Assembly: GCA_003135555.1 (NCBI GenBank)
Contig: PLCF01000035.1
Span: forward strand, 1 to 29,933
Length of the DNA stretch: 29,933 bases
From: Vulcanimicrobiota bacterium
GTDB lineage: Bacteria > Vulcanimicrobiota > Vulcanimicrobiia > Vulcanimicrobiales > Vulcanimicrobiaceae
Direction: 5' to 3'
Each line of letters opens with the position of its first letter. The stretch's first letter is position 1. A program made the position numbers and the translations under genes. The notes under the pieces were generated by a model. The model ran no database searches. It was not told the DNA's origin and worked only from the letters and a program-made list of their open reading frames with translations. This document shows, piece by piece, positions 10,001-17,949 of the stretch.

Positions 10001-10618
10001 GATCGCGACGAGCTGACCGAGCGCGAGCGGTTCCTGCGCGAACAGATGGACGATCTCTACCGCGCCCGCGAGACGCTGCTGGCCACCATCGCCGAGATCG
10101 AAGCCTCGTGCCAGGTGCAGTTCAACGAAACGTTCGACGCGGTGCGCGCCAAGTTCGCCGGGGTTTTCGAGGAGCTGTTCCCGGGCGGAAAAGCCGAGAT
10201 GTGGCAGACCAACCCGGAAAACTTGAGCGAGACCGGGATCGAGATCTCAGTGATGCCGCCGGGGAAGAAGATGACCGCCTTGGCCGCCCTCTCGGGGGGC
10301 GAGCGCGCGATGACCGCGTCGGCGCTGATCTTTGCGCTCATCGCCGTCAAGCCGTCGCCGTTCTACCTGCTCGACGAGGTCGATGCAGCGCTCGACGACG
10401 CCAACATCGAGCGGCTCGCACGCAAGATTCGCGACGTCTCGGTCGACGCGCAGATGCTCATCGTGACCCACAACAAGAAGACGATGGAGCTCGCGCAGCG
10501 GCTGTACGGTGTCACCATGCAGGAGCCCGGCGTCAGCTCGATCATCAGCACTACGCTCGACGACGGTCCGGTCGCAGCGCCGCCGGTCGAGCAGCAACGT
10601 GAGCCCGCAGCGGTCTGA
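7028..10618 (+). CDS. smc: Chromosome segregation protein SMC
   Basis: 1196 aa. Walker A GPNGSGKS, coiled coils, hinge GRATFLPL, LSGGE signature and Walker B LLDEVDAALD. Confidence 0.98.
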   Translation: MRLKSLKVFGFKTFAEATSLDFVDGTTAVVGPNGSGKSNLVDAIRWVLGEHSTRTLRSQRMEDVIFAGNNTRKPLGMAEVSLTFDNHDHQLKLDFEEVQITRRAYRVGESEFYINREPVRLRDVHELLMGTGLGPGSYAIVSQGQIDAILSSKPTERRALFEETAGIGKFLARKHEALRRLEATEQNAIRVNDLIAELERRAPELDTQVRRAKRYRRVTARVRDLEILSFLRASTSRRAERERVAAELQQHEDRRAGAAARAAQLGAQLATLREALYTLELELDGHRADAQTARAELARIEADLAAAVARRDGLERQSNAVVADRERVEGERVALREQIESLDERLTPLGAQVEGSRERELAASAAVADARGALDGIYQELRAVEALAAEHAANEAERRAQIAAARSEIERLGGEHAAALGERAVHAKQAEAARAGFEERERSSARYDAEAAAQRERARVAREHGEAAEHRVAELQERHREIASEIAAAESRLHTIEELEAALEGHAHGTRSVVDAAQRGQLHGLHGVVSNLISTDERYARALDVAFGPGLSNIIAATSEDAEAAVAFLRERELGRATFLPLDTLAQREGRELGRLRGRAGVIGYAHTLVRAEARYRGIVAFLVGRILVVDELRTGIALTRGEGFRDSIVTLEGDQIVGGGAISGGRFRKERSILARRAQAETLKERLPQLRAQLEGVQREGTAAKAQLDAASAQRDEATRLAGDADVALQDVRTQLQGLVAEIERLDAALAAATARIEALAAAREDVTSRLHALERVADDHVDLSDQRIALEAALAAARTRIAAVEAEQGEVAGAAGALREQIAGLSAERDGALTRLGLLDADAERAGAAREAMRLELQSLRARTVELDAALVAAREKVTLADAAVEGSRRRRESTADEAAQREADERVAQSEDREASGAGELGRRRLAEIDAELGMLRQTFAQNPATEAEQHDVLTRYDGEPTEIVDDLPRLREELTRLQANVNLNAEADRDELTERERFLREQMDDLYRARETLLATIAEIEASCQVQFNETFDAVRAKFAGVFEELFPGGKAEMWQTNPENLSETGIEISVMPPGKKMTALAALSGGERAMTASALIFALIAVKPSPFYLLDEVDAALDDANIERLARKIRDVSVDAQMLIVTHNKKTMELAQRLYGVTMQEPGVSSIISTTLDDGPVAAPPVEQQREPAAV

Positions 10619-12182
10619 CGGCGCGGCGCTACTCTCGGTCTACGACCGCACGGGTGTCGTCGCGCTCGCTAGCGCGCTCGCCGCGCAGGGCGTCGCGCTG
10701 TTCGCGACCGGCGGCACTCGCGCGCACTTGGCCGAGCACCACATCGACGCGCACGACGTCGAAGAGCTGACCGGGTATCCCGCGCTGTTCGACGGGCGCG
10801 TGAAGACTCTGCATCCCAGCATCTTCGGCGCGATCCTCCAGGACCGCGACGACGCGACGCATCGCGCGCAAGCTGAGCGCCACGGCATCCCGACCATCGC
10901 AACCGTCGTGGTCAACCTCTATCCGTTCGAGGCCACGGTCGCCCAGGAAGGCGCAACGCTGCAGGAGGCGATCGAGCAGATCGACATCGGCGGCGTCTCG
11001 CTGCTGCGCGCGGCGGCGAAGAACTACGATCACGTCACCGTCCTGAGCGACCCCGCGCAGTACGACGCCTTCGTCGCCGCGCTGCCGGCGGGTGGACTCG
11101 ACGCCGCGGCGCGCCGCGGCTGCGCGACGCGCGCCTTCGAGCGCACCGCCGAGTACGACAGCGCGATCGCGCGGTACCTCGAGTCGGGGCTGTTGGCCAA
11201 CGAGCTGCCCGGCTCGCTAGCGCTCACGATTCCGATCGAGCAGCCGTTGCGCTACGGCGAGAATCCCCAGGACCGCGCGGCGTTCTACTTGGCGCGCGAA
11301 GCGCAGCTGCCCGAACAGCTGGGCGGTAAGGCGCTCTCGTACAACAACTTGCTCGACCTCGACGCCACGCTGCGCCTGCTCGTCGGCGCGCCGCAGGCCC
11401 TGCGCGAGGACGCCGACGCTGCAACCGCGCGCGAGCACCGGTATCGCGCGGCGATCGTGAAGCATACGGTGCCGTGCGGCGTCGCCGAGCGCGCGTCGGT
11501 CGCCGACGCGGTGCGCGAAGCGCTCGACGCGGATCGGGTCTCCGCCTACGGCGGGATCATCGCGGCCGACGGTCCGATCGACGCCGCCGCGGCCGAACAT
11601 TTGGCCGGGTTTTTCTTGGAGATCGTCGCCGCGCCCGCGTTCGAGGACGCCGCGCTGGTGCGCCTGCGCAAGAAGAAGAGCCTGCGCATCATGCGCTACC
11701 GCGCCGGGATGCCCGAGCGCATCGCGGCCGAGCTGCGCGTGCGCAGCGCGCTGGGCGGCGTGCTCGCGGAGGACGACGACCCGCAGGCCGCGCCCGAACG
11801 CTGGGCGGTCGTCTCGAAGCGGCAGCCCAGCGCGGCCGAGTGGCGCGATCTGGGCTTCGCGTGGGACGTCGTGCGGCACGTGAAGTCCAACGGCGTGGTG
11901 ATCGCGCGTGACAGCGTTTCGCGCGGCATCTGCGCGGGACAGACGAATCGCGTCAGCGCGGTGGAGATCGCCGCGCACCGCGCGCACCGGTACGCCGCCG
12001 GCGCCGCCTGCGCCAGCGACGGCTTCTTCCCGTTCGCCGACGGGTTGATCGCGGCGGCGGACGCCGGGTGCACGGCCGTCATCGCGCCGCGGGGCTCGAT
12101 CCGCGATGCCGAGGTGATCGCCGCCGCCGACGAACGCGATCTGGCGCTCGTTTTCTCTACCTACCGCTACTTTCTCCACTGA
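10599..12182 (+). CDS. purH: Bifunctional AICAR transformylase / IMP cyclohydrolase
   Basis: ALLSV, TGGT, GRVKTLHP, IDIGG, LRYGENP, LSYNN, HVKSN and SDGFFPF motifs. Start placed at GTG 10599, overlapping the end of smc. Confidence 0.95.
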   Translation: MSPQRSDGAALLSVYDRTGVVALASALAAQGVALFATGGTRAHLAEHHIDAHDVEELTGYPALFDGRVKTLHPSIFGAILQDRDDATHRAQAERHGIPTIATVVVNLYPFEATVAQEGATLQEAIEQIDIGGVSLLRAAAKNYDHVTVLSDPAQYDAFVAALPAGGLDAAARRGCATRAFERTAEYDSAIARYLESGLLANELPGSLALTIPIEQPLRYGENPQDRAAFYLAREAQLPEQLGGKALSYNNLLDLDATLRLLVGAPQALREDADAATAREHRYRAAIVKHTVPCGVAERASVADAVREALDADRVSAYGGIIAADGPIDAAAAEHLAGFFLEIVAAPAFEDAALVRLRKKKSLRIMRYRAGMPERIAAELRVRSALGGVLAEDDDPQAAPERWAVVSKRQPSAAEWRDLGFAWDVVRHVKSNGVVIARDSVSRGICAGQTNRVSAVEIAAHRAHRYAAGAACASDGFFPFADGLIAAADAGCTAVIAPRGSIRDAEVIAAADERDLALVFSTYRYFLH

Positions 12183-12223
12183 GATGGTGATGGACCGAGC
12201 GCAGATGGATCTTTCGCGTACCG

Positions 12224-12271
12224 CCGGGTTCTTGCGAGGTCGAACCCGGGGGCCCCACGCAAAGCGTGGGG
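12224..12271. repeat. Two adjacent GC-rich hairpins (REP-like palindromic element)
   Basis: CCGGGTTC-N10-GAACCCGG (12224-12249) and CCCCACGC-AAA-GCGTGGGG (12253-12271); no U-tract follows. Confidence 0.55.
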
Positions 12272-12577
12272 GGCGCGCAGCGAGAGCGGAGCGCCGTTAA
12301 AATCGCAAACTTCATTATCAGGCTGGTCGTTTACGCGCTGCTGCTGGGGCTGACGGCATGGGAGTTTGGGGCCCTGTGGTCGAGCAACGGGCTCGACGCG
12401 GTCGGCGCGCTGCGCTCGTTCCACGACAAGGCGACGCTGGCGTTGCGCGTCGCGCCGCTGGTCCTGGCGCTGGGCGGCGTCGGCTCGCTACGGCAGGTCG
12501 CCGTGTTCCTGGCGTTCTATCTCGTCGGCGCCGCGTTGACCGCGCCGTTGGTCTGCGCTCGCATCGCCGGTCTGTGA
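12266..12577 (+). CDS. Small membrane protein (about 3 TM), start uncertain
   Basis: Hydrophobic segments FIIRLVVYALLLGLTAWEFGALW, LALRVAPLVLALGG and VAVFLAFYLVGAALTAPLVC. The GTG start lies inside a hairpin. Confidence 0.65.
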   Translation: MGGAQRERSAVKIANFIIRLVVYALLLGLTAWEFGALWSSNGLDAVGALRSFHDKATLALRVAPLVLALGGVGSLRQVAVFLAFYLVGAALTAPLVCARIAGL

Positions 12578-12587
12578 GGATACGAAG

Positions 12588-13085
12588 ATGAGGCTGTGGC
12601 TCGCACTGTTCTCGGTCGCCTGGCTCGGTTCGGCGCTGGGCGCCTCGCCCGCCGTCGCGCAGGTGCCGGCGCCGGCGCAGACGCCGGCGCCGCGCTGGAG
12701 CCTGCACTACACCGCGTCGTCACGTGCGATGAGCGTGATTCGCACCTATTTCGTGACGGCGCGCGCCGACGGGTCGGTTGACTGGCAGCAAATCGATACC
12801 GAGACGGGGATCGTCGCGCACGGGCTGCCCCATCAGTGCGGCGGGGTCGCGCAGCTGAACGCCGACGACCTGCGCACGATGCAAGCCGCGGCCGCTGCCC
12901 TGGGTGAGCCGCGCCGGGGGGCGCCCCCGCCGGCATACGTGACCAACGTCGTCTCGGTGTCGCTGGTGACCCCGCAATCCGGCAATGCCGACGTCAACAC
13001 GCTCACCTTCGCGCCGGGCGCGCAAGACAGCGACCCGCGGCTCAATCGAGCCGCCGCAATCTGGTCCCGCTACCGCTGTAGCTGA
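12588..13085 (+). CDS. Secreted hypothetical protein
   Basis: GAGGA RBS, signal peptide MRLWLALFSVAWLGSALGASPAVA, and two Cys residues (possible disulfide). Confidence 0.75.
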   Translation: MRLWLALFSVAWLGSALGASPAVAQVPAPAQTPAPRWSLHYTASSRAMSVIRTYFVTARADGSVDWQQIDTETGIVAHGLPHQCGGVAQLNADDLRTMQAAAAALGEPRRGAPPPAYVTNVVSVSLVTPQSGNADVNTLTFAPGAQDSDPRLNRAAAIWSRYRCS

Positions 13086-13096
13086 AGTCGTTCGGC

Positions 13097-13495
13097 ATGC
13101 CGCGCTACCTGCATACGTCGATCTTCGTCAACGACATGGCCGAGTCGATCGACTTCTACACCAACAAGCTGGGTCTCAAGCTGCTCGACGGACCGCATCA
13201 CTATCCGGGAAACGCCGACATGGCGTTCGTGGGTGCGAGCTGGGACGCGTACGTCGAGCTCGTCTACGACTTGGAAGAGCACCCGCCGTACCAGATCGGC
13301 AATCGTTACGAGCACCTCGCGCTGGAGGTCGACGGCGATTTGCCCGCCGTGATCGAGAAGCTGCGCGGGCAGGGCGTCAAGATCGTCAAAGAGCCCAAGA
13401 AGTCGCCCGGCGGAACGCGCGCGATCGCGTTCGTCGAGGATCCCAACGGCATCCCGGTGGAGTTGCTCGAGCCGCGCCCAGGCCCGATAGCCTGA
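13097..13495 (+). CDS. VOC-family protein, glyoxalase I (lactoylglutathione lyase)-like
   Basis: YLHTSIFVND...SIDFYT, ELVY, YEHLAL and AFVEDPNGIPVELLE give the H/E/H/E metal-ligand pattern of bacterial GloA. Confidence 0.88.
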   Translation: MPRYLHTSIFVNDMAESIDFYTNKLGLKLLDGPHHYPGNADMAFVGASWDAYVELVYDLEEHPPYQIGNRYEHLALEVDGDLPAVIEKLRGQGVKIVKEPKKSPGGTRAIAFVEDPNGIPVELLEPRPGPIA

Positions 13496-13557
13496 GCGCA
13501 CGCGCGTCGCAGCTCTGGGGGGCGCGCCCGGCAGAGCCCCGAAGCCGACGGGTCGAC

Positions 13558-14832
13558 GTGACCCCGATTAGCGCTCCGCGCGGCACGCGCGACGTCTATC
13601 CGCCCGAATCGGCGCAGTGGAATCGCCTCGAAGCCGATTGCCGCGAGGTCGCGCAGCGCTTCGGCTACGGCGAGATTCGCACGCCGATGTTCGAGGCGAC
13701 CGAGCTGTTCGCGCGCGGCGTCGGCGAGACGACCGACATCGTCGAGAAAGAGATGTACACCTTTCTCGACAAGGGCGGCCGCAGCATGACGCTGCGACCG
13801 GAGCTGACGGCCGGTGTCGTGCGCGCGCTGCTCGAACACAAGCTACTCGCGCAAGGTTCGCAGCGGCTGTTTTACATCGGACCGTTCTTTCGGTACGAGC
13901 GGCCGCAAGCCGGTCGCTACCGACAGGCGAACCAATTCGGGGTCGAGTGCTTCGGCGCCGCGGGCGCCGAAGCCGACCTCGAGGTGATTCAGATCGCGGC
14001 GCTGCTGCTGGCGCGCTACGGGATCACCGACGCCGTGCTCAACATCAACAGCGTCGGCGACAAGGTTTGCCGCCCGCGCTACCGGGAGGCGCTCCTGGCG
14101 CACTTTCGGCCGCACGCCGCAGCGCTGAGCGGCGACTCGCAGCGGCGCCTCGAACGCAATCCGTTGCGCATCCTCGACTCGAAAGACCCACTCGATCGTC
14201 CGTTCGTCGAGTCCGCTCCGACCATGCTCGACCATCTCTGTCCGGAATGCCGCGCGCACTTCGCTGCGCTGCGCGCCTACCTCGATGCGCTCCACGTCGC
14301 CTACGTCCTCAACCCGCGCATCGTGCGCGGGCTCGACTACTACACGCGTACCGTGTTCGAGTTCGTCTCGTCGGTGATCGGCTCGCAGAGCACGGTCTGC
14401 GGCGGCGGGCGCTACGATGGGCTCGTCGAGGAACTCGGCGGACCGCCGACCCCAGGCGTCGGCTTCGGGCTGGGGATCGAGCGGTTCCTCATGGTGGTGG
14501 AGAAGCTGGCCGGCGACGGGGCCCCGCCGCGCCGCGGCTTTCAGGCCATCGCGCTGGGTGAAGCTGCCCGCGAGCGCTTGGTCGCGGTCGCCGGGGCGCT
14601 GCGCGAGGCGTCGGCCGCGCCGACCTTCGCCGACTGGGAGAGCCGCAAGCTCACCGCCCATTTCAAGACCGCCGATCGCAACGGCGCTCGCTGGGCGGTG
14701 ATCCTCGGCGACGACGAGCTGGCCAAGGGCGAGATCGTGCTGCGCGATCTGATCGCTCGCGAGGACCGCCGGCTGCCGCTGGGCGCCACGGCGGCGGAAG
14801 TCGCGCAGACGCTTGTCGAAGCCACCGCGTGA
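13558..14832 (+). CDS. hisS: Histidine--tRNA ligase
   Basis: APRGTRD, KEMY, LRPELTAG, FRYERPQAGRYRQ, RGLDYYT, GGGRYDGL and GFGLGIER motifs. Start placed at GTG 13558. Confidence 0.97.
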   Translation: MTPISAPRGTRDVYPPESAQWNRLEADCREVAQRFGYGEIRTPMFEATELFARGVGETTDIVEKEMYTFLDKGGRSMTLRPELTAGVVRALLEHKLLAQGSQRLFYIGPFFRYERPQAGRYRQANQFGVECFGAAGAEADLEVIQIAALLLARYGITDAVLNINSVGDKVCRPRYREALLAHFRPHAAALSGDSQRRLERNPLRILDSKDPLDRPFVESAPTMLDHLCPECRAHFAALRAYLDALHVAYVLNPRIVRGLDYYTRTVFEFVSSVIGSQSTVCGGGRYDGLVEELGGPPTPGVGFGLGIERFLMVVEKLAGDGAPPRRGFQAIALGEAARERLVAVAGALREASAAPTFADWESRKLTAHFKTADRNGARWAVILGDDELAKGEIVLRDLIAREDRRLPLGATAAEVAQTLVEATA

Positions 14833-15299
14833 TGGACCAGGACCAAGCCGCGCGGATCCGCGCGCTGGGCGAGATCGCCGCCGAGTTCGACCTCGATGCG
14901 ATCCGCGTGCGGACCGGCGAGACCGAGATCGAGATCGTGCGCCGCGATCCGTCCGTCCATGCGCCGCCGCTGGTGTACACCGCGCCCGAGGCGCCCGCCG
15001 GCGCCGCCGCGACCGCTAGCCCGGCGCCGGGGGACCGCTCCGGGCCGGTGCCCAGCGCGGACGTGCGCAAAGTGACCGCGCCGATCGTCGGGGTTTTCTA
15101 CCGCTCGCCCAACCCCGACGCCGACTCCTACGTCGAGGTCGGCAGCCGGGTCGCCGTCGGGGACACGCTGTGCATCCTCGAAGCGATGAAGTTGATGAAC
15201 GAGATCACCAGCGACTATGCCGGCGTGGTGACGCGCATCCTGGCCGAGAACTCGGATCTCGTCCCCCAGGGTCAGGAGCTGTTTTGGATCGAGCCGTGA
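14832..15299 (+). CDS. accB: Acetyl-CoA carboxylase biotin carboxyl carrier protein
   Basis: Ala/Pro-rich linker, APIVGVFYRSP and biotinylation motif EAMKLMN. GTG 14829 is an alternative start. Confidence 0.93.
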   Translation: MDQDQAARIRALGEIAAEFDLDAIRVRTGETEIEIVRRDPSVHAPPLVYTAPEAPAGAAATASPAPGDRSGPVPSADVRKVTAPIVGVFYRSPNPDADSYVEVGSRVAVGDTLCILEAMKLMNEITSDYAGVVTRILAENSDLVPQGQELFWIEP

Positions 15300-15871
15300 T
15301 CGAAGGCCGGCGCGCGTTCGCCGAGCTGCTCGCCGACCGCAAAGGCCAACTCGACAAACCGCACTACGCCGGCCAGGTCGCCGCGATCGTCGCCGCGCTG
15401 GTCCTGGCGTTCCGCAGCGGCAACAAGGTGTTGTGGTTCGGCAACGGCGGGAGCGCGGCCGATGCGCAGCACCTCGCGGCGGAGTTCAGCGGACGATTTT
15501 TGCGCGAGCGCGGCGGCTTGCCGTCCGAAGCGCTTACCGTGAACTCCTCGGCGGTTACCGCCATCGCGAACGATTTCGGTTACGAGCAACTGTTCGCGCG
15601 GATGGTCGAGGCGCTGGCGAAGCCGGGCGACGTCGTCGTCGGCATCACCACCAGCGGGACCTCGATCAACGTCCTGCGTGGGCTCGAGGTCGCGCGGCGA
15701 ATCGGCGCGACGACCGTGGCGTTCACCGGCAACGGCGGCGGTCCGGTGGCCGGCGCGGCCGACTTGATCTTGCTGGGCCCCGACGGCTACAGCGCGATCG
15801 TTCAGGAGGTTCACATCACCATGGGCCACATCATCTGCGACCTGGTCGAACAAGAACTGCTCTTTGCATGA
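15296..15871 (+). CDS. gmhA: D-sedoheptulose-7-phosphate isomerase
   Basis: GNGGSAADAQHLAAE, TAIANDFGY, TSGTS and QEVH motifs; GTGA overlap with accB. Confidence 0.95.
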   Translation: MIEGRRAFAELLADRKGQLDKPHYAGQVAAIVAALVLAFRSGNKVLWFGNGGSAADAQHLAAEFSGRFLRERGGLPSEALTVNSSAVTAIANDFGYEQLFARMVEALAKPGDVVVGITTSGTSINVLRGLEVARRIGATTVAFTGNGGGPVAGAADLILLGPDGYSAIVQEVHITMGHIICDLVEQELLFA

Positions 15872-15878
15872 TATTGCC

Positions 15879-16484
15879 GTGAGCCGGCCAGTCGTCTTCC
15901 TGGACCGCGACGGGACGATCATCGAAGACAAGGGCTTTCTCGGCGACGAGGATGGTGTCGAAGTGCTGCCGACGGTGGCCGATGCGTTGCGGTTGCTGCG
16001 AGCGCGAGGTTACGCCAGCGTGGTGGTTTCGAATCAGTCGGGCGTAGCGCGCGGGTATTTCGACGACGATGCGGTGCGGGCGGTCAACGCTGAGATCGTC
16101 CAGCGCCTCGCCGGCGACGGCGTCGCGATCGATGCTTGGTATTGGTGTCCGCACTACGACGAGGACTGCGACTGCCGCAAGCCGGCGCCGGGTTTGGTAA
16201 AGCGCGCCGTAAAGGAGCACGGGCTCACCCTCGCAGGCAGCGCGGTCGTCGGCGATCGTGGAAGCGACGTCGCGCTCGCCCACGCGGTCGGGATTCCGGG
16301 GATCTTGCTGCCCGGACCATATCCGTACGACGGACCGGAGCCGGACTTGCGCGCGCGCACGCTGCTCGAGGCCGCCGAGTGGATCGTCGCGCGGTCCGCC
16401 GTGCCCTTCGACCCTTCGACGAGCTCACGCGCACGTGACACCACGTCAGGGCAGGCTAGGCTCAGGGTGACAAAAGATGGCTGA
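15879..16484 (+). CDS. gmhB: D,D-heptose-1,7-bisphosphate phosphatase (HAD IIIA)
   Basis: FLDRDG, SNQSGVARG, Zn motif CPH...CDCRKP and VGDRGSD. Start GTG 15879 (TTG 15864 is an alternative). The last ~25 aa derive from a repeat. Confidence 0.92.
   Translation: MSRPVVFLDRDGTIIEDKGFLGDEDGVEVLPTVADALRLLRARGYASVVVSNQSGVARGYFDDDAVRAVNAEIVQRLAGDGVAIDAWYWCPHYDEDCDCRKPAPGLVKRAVKEHGLTLAGSAVVGDRGSDVALAHAVGIPGILLPGPYPYDGPEPDLRARTLLEAAEWIVARSAVPFDPSTSSRARDTTSGQARLRVTKDG
16404..16472 (+). repeat. Nested REP-like miniature element (CCCTTCGAC...GCTCAGGGTGAC type) in the 3' end of gmhB
   Basis: Tandem CCCTTCGA x2, then CGAGCTCA, an 18-nt spacer, TCAGGGCAGGC, and the terminal AGGCTCAGGGTGACA. Confidence 0.65.
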
Positions 16485-17463
16485 GGTCATCGCCGCGCCG
16501 CGGGCTGCCGAGCTGCTGGGACGCATGGCCGGTCGGCGCGTGGTCGTCATCGGCGACGTGATGATCGACGAGTGGATCTGGGGCGACGTCTCGCGGATCT
16601 CGCCCGAGGCGCCGGTGCCGGTCGTGGCCGTGCGCGATCACTCGTTCACCCTGGGCGGGGCCGGCAACGTCGCCAACAATCTCCGCGCGCTGGGCGCGCG
16701 CGTCGCCTTCGTCGGCGGCGTCGGCGACGACGCGGAAGGCGCGCGGCTGCGCGCGCTGTTCGACGACTTGGGCGTCGATGCGCGCGGCGTCGTCACCTTG
16801 TCCGACCGCCCGACCACGCGCAAGACCCGGATCGTGGCGCACAACCAACAGGTGGTGCGTGCCGATTGGGAGTCGGCCGCGCCGCTGCGCGACGACGATC
16901 GCGCGCGCGTCGTCGGTCACGTGCGCGAGGCCGTGCGCGACGCCGACGCGGTCGTGCTCAGCGACTACGCCAAGGGTTTTTTGCACCGCCAGATCGTCGA
17001 TGCGGCGTTGACCGCGCCGGTCGTCGTCGCCGACCCCAAGCCGGCCAACCTGACGATGTTCAACGGCGTCACGTGCATCGCGCCCAATGCGGCCGAGGCG
17101 GCGCGAGCGACCGGGATCGCGGTCGTGGACGATGATTCGCTGCAGCGTTGCGGCGCGGCGCTGCTAGCGATGCTGGGTTGCCGCTACGTGCTCATCACCC
17201 GGGGCGAGCACGGGATGGCGCTCTTCGGTGCCCAAGGCGAGCGCGTCGACGTCGCCGCCGTCGCGCGGACGGTCTACGACGTCTCGGGTGCCGGCGACAC
17301 CGTCGTTGCCGTGCTCACGCTCGCGCTCGCCGCGAAGATCCCGGCCGAGATCGCGACGCAGCTGGCGAACTTCGCCGCCGGTGCGGTGGTCGAGAAGCTG
17401 GGCACGGCGACCGCCGCGCCGGCCGAGATCGTCGCCCTGATGGAACATGACCGTGAAGCCTGA
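16477..17463 (+). CDS. rfaE1: D-glycero-beta-D-manno-heptose-7-phosphate kinase (standalone HldE domain I)
   Basis: RISPEAPVPV, GGAGNVA, SDYAKG, DPK and PfkB motif DVSGAGDT. Confidence 0.95.
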   Translation: MAEVIAAPRAAELLGRMAGRRVVVIGDVMIDEWIWGDVSRISPEAPVPVVAVRDHSFTLGGAGNVANNLRALGARVAFVGGVGDDAEGARLRALFDDLGVDARGVVTLSDRPTTRKTRIVAHNQQVVRADWESAAPLRDDDRARVVGHVREAVRDADAVVLSDYAKGFLHRQIVDAALTAPVVVADPKPANLTMFNGVTCIAPNAAEAARATGIAVVDDDSLQRCGAALLAMLGCRYVLITRGEHGMALFGAQGERVDVAAVARTVYDVSGAGDTVVAVLTLALAAKIPAEIATQLANFAAGAVVEKLGTATAAPAEIVALMEHDREA

Positions 17464-17947
17464 CCCGCGCTGGGCGCTCGTCCTCGACGCTGCTGCCGCC
17501 GCCGATTGGCGCGACGAGCAGCGCGCCGCGGGGCGCAGCGTCGTGAGCACCAACGGCGTGTTCGATCTGCTGCACGCCGGTCACGTCGCGTACTTGGCGT
17601 GGGCGCGCGCTCAAGGCGACGCGTTGATCGTGCTGCTCAACGACGACGACTCCGTGCGGCTGCTCGGCAAGGGGCCGGATCGTCCGCTCGTGCCGTTCGC
17701 CGACCGCGCGCGCGTCCTGTCCGCGCTGCGCAGCGTCGACGCCATCGTGGGCTTCCGCCAGCGCACCCCCGAGACGCTTCTCGAGCGCATCCGGCCCGAC
17801 GTCCACGTGAAGAGCGCGCAGTACCGGATCGACGATCTGCCCGAGCGCTACGTCGTCGAATCTCACGGCGGCCGCATCGTGCTCGCCCCGCACCACCCGG
17901 GCCGCAGCACGACGGACCTGATCGCCGCGATCCGCTCGAAAGCCTAA
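17447..17947 (+). CDS. rfaE2: D-glycero-beta-D-manno-heptose-1-phosphate adenylyltransferase (standalone HldE domain II)
   Basis: TNGVFDLLHAGH (HxGH), NDDDSVR..KG..RP, PDVHVK and STT motifs. Confidence 0.93.
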   Translation: MTVKPDPRWALVLDAAAAADWRDEQRAAGRSVVSTNGVFDLLHAGHVAYLAWARAQGDALIVLLNDDDSVRLLGKGPDRPLVPFADRARVLSALRSVDAIVGFRQRTPETLLERIRPDVHVKSAQYRIDDLPERYVVESHGGRIVLAPHHPGRSTTDLIAAIRSKA

Positions 17948-17949
17948 CC

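Noticed and set aside
7028..10618. SMC as a defence ATPase (Wadjet/JetC, SbcC)
   Set aside because: Canonical condensin SMC with hinge in rnc context; no jetABD or sbcD neighbours.
12183..12230. GGTGATGG resembling the start of a fluoride riboswitch; ZTP riboswitch also considered for purH
   Set aside because: The pairing partner and downstream conserved elements are absent; purH overlaps smc and has no leader.
12985..13557. Apparent N-terminal extension of HisS, and similar extensions in ORFs 1033, 1368, 17506, 19843, 20729, 21184 and 25263
   Set aside because: They overlap upstream real genes in another frame; conserved domains begin at downstream starts that give clean coupling.
13496..13557. 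Possible T-box leader before hisS
   Set aside because: Only 62 bp long, with no T-box GGTGGNACC consensus and no terminator.
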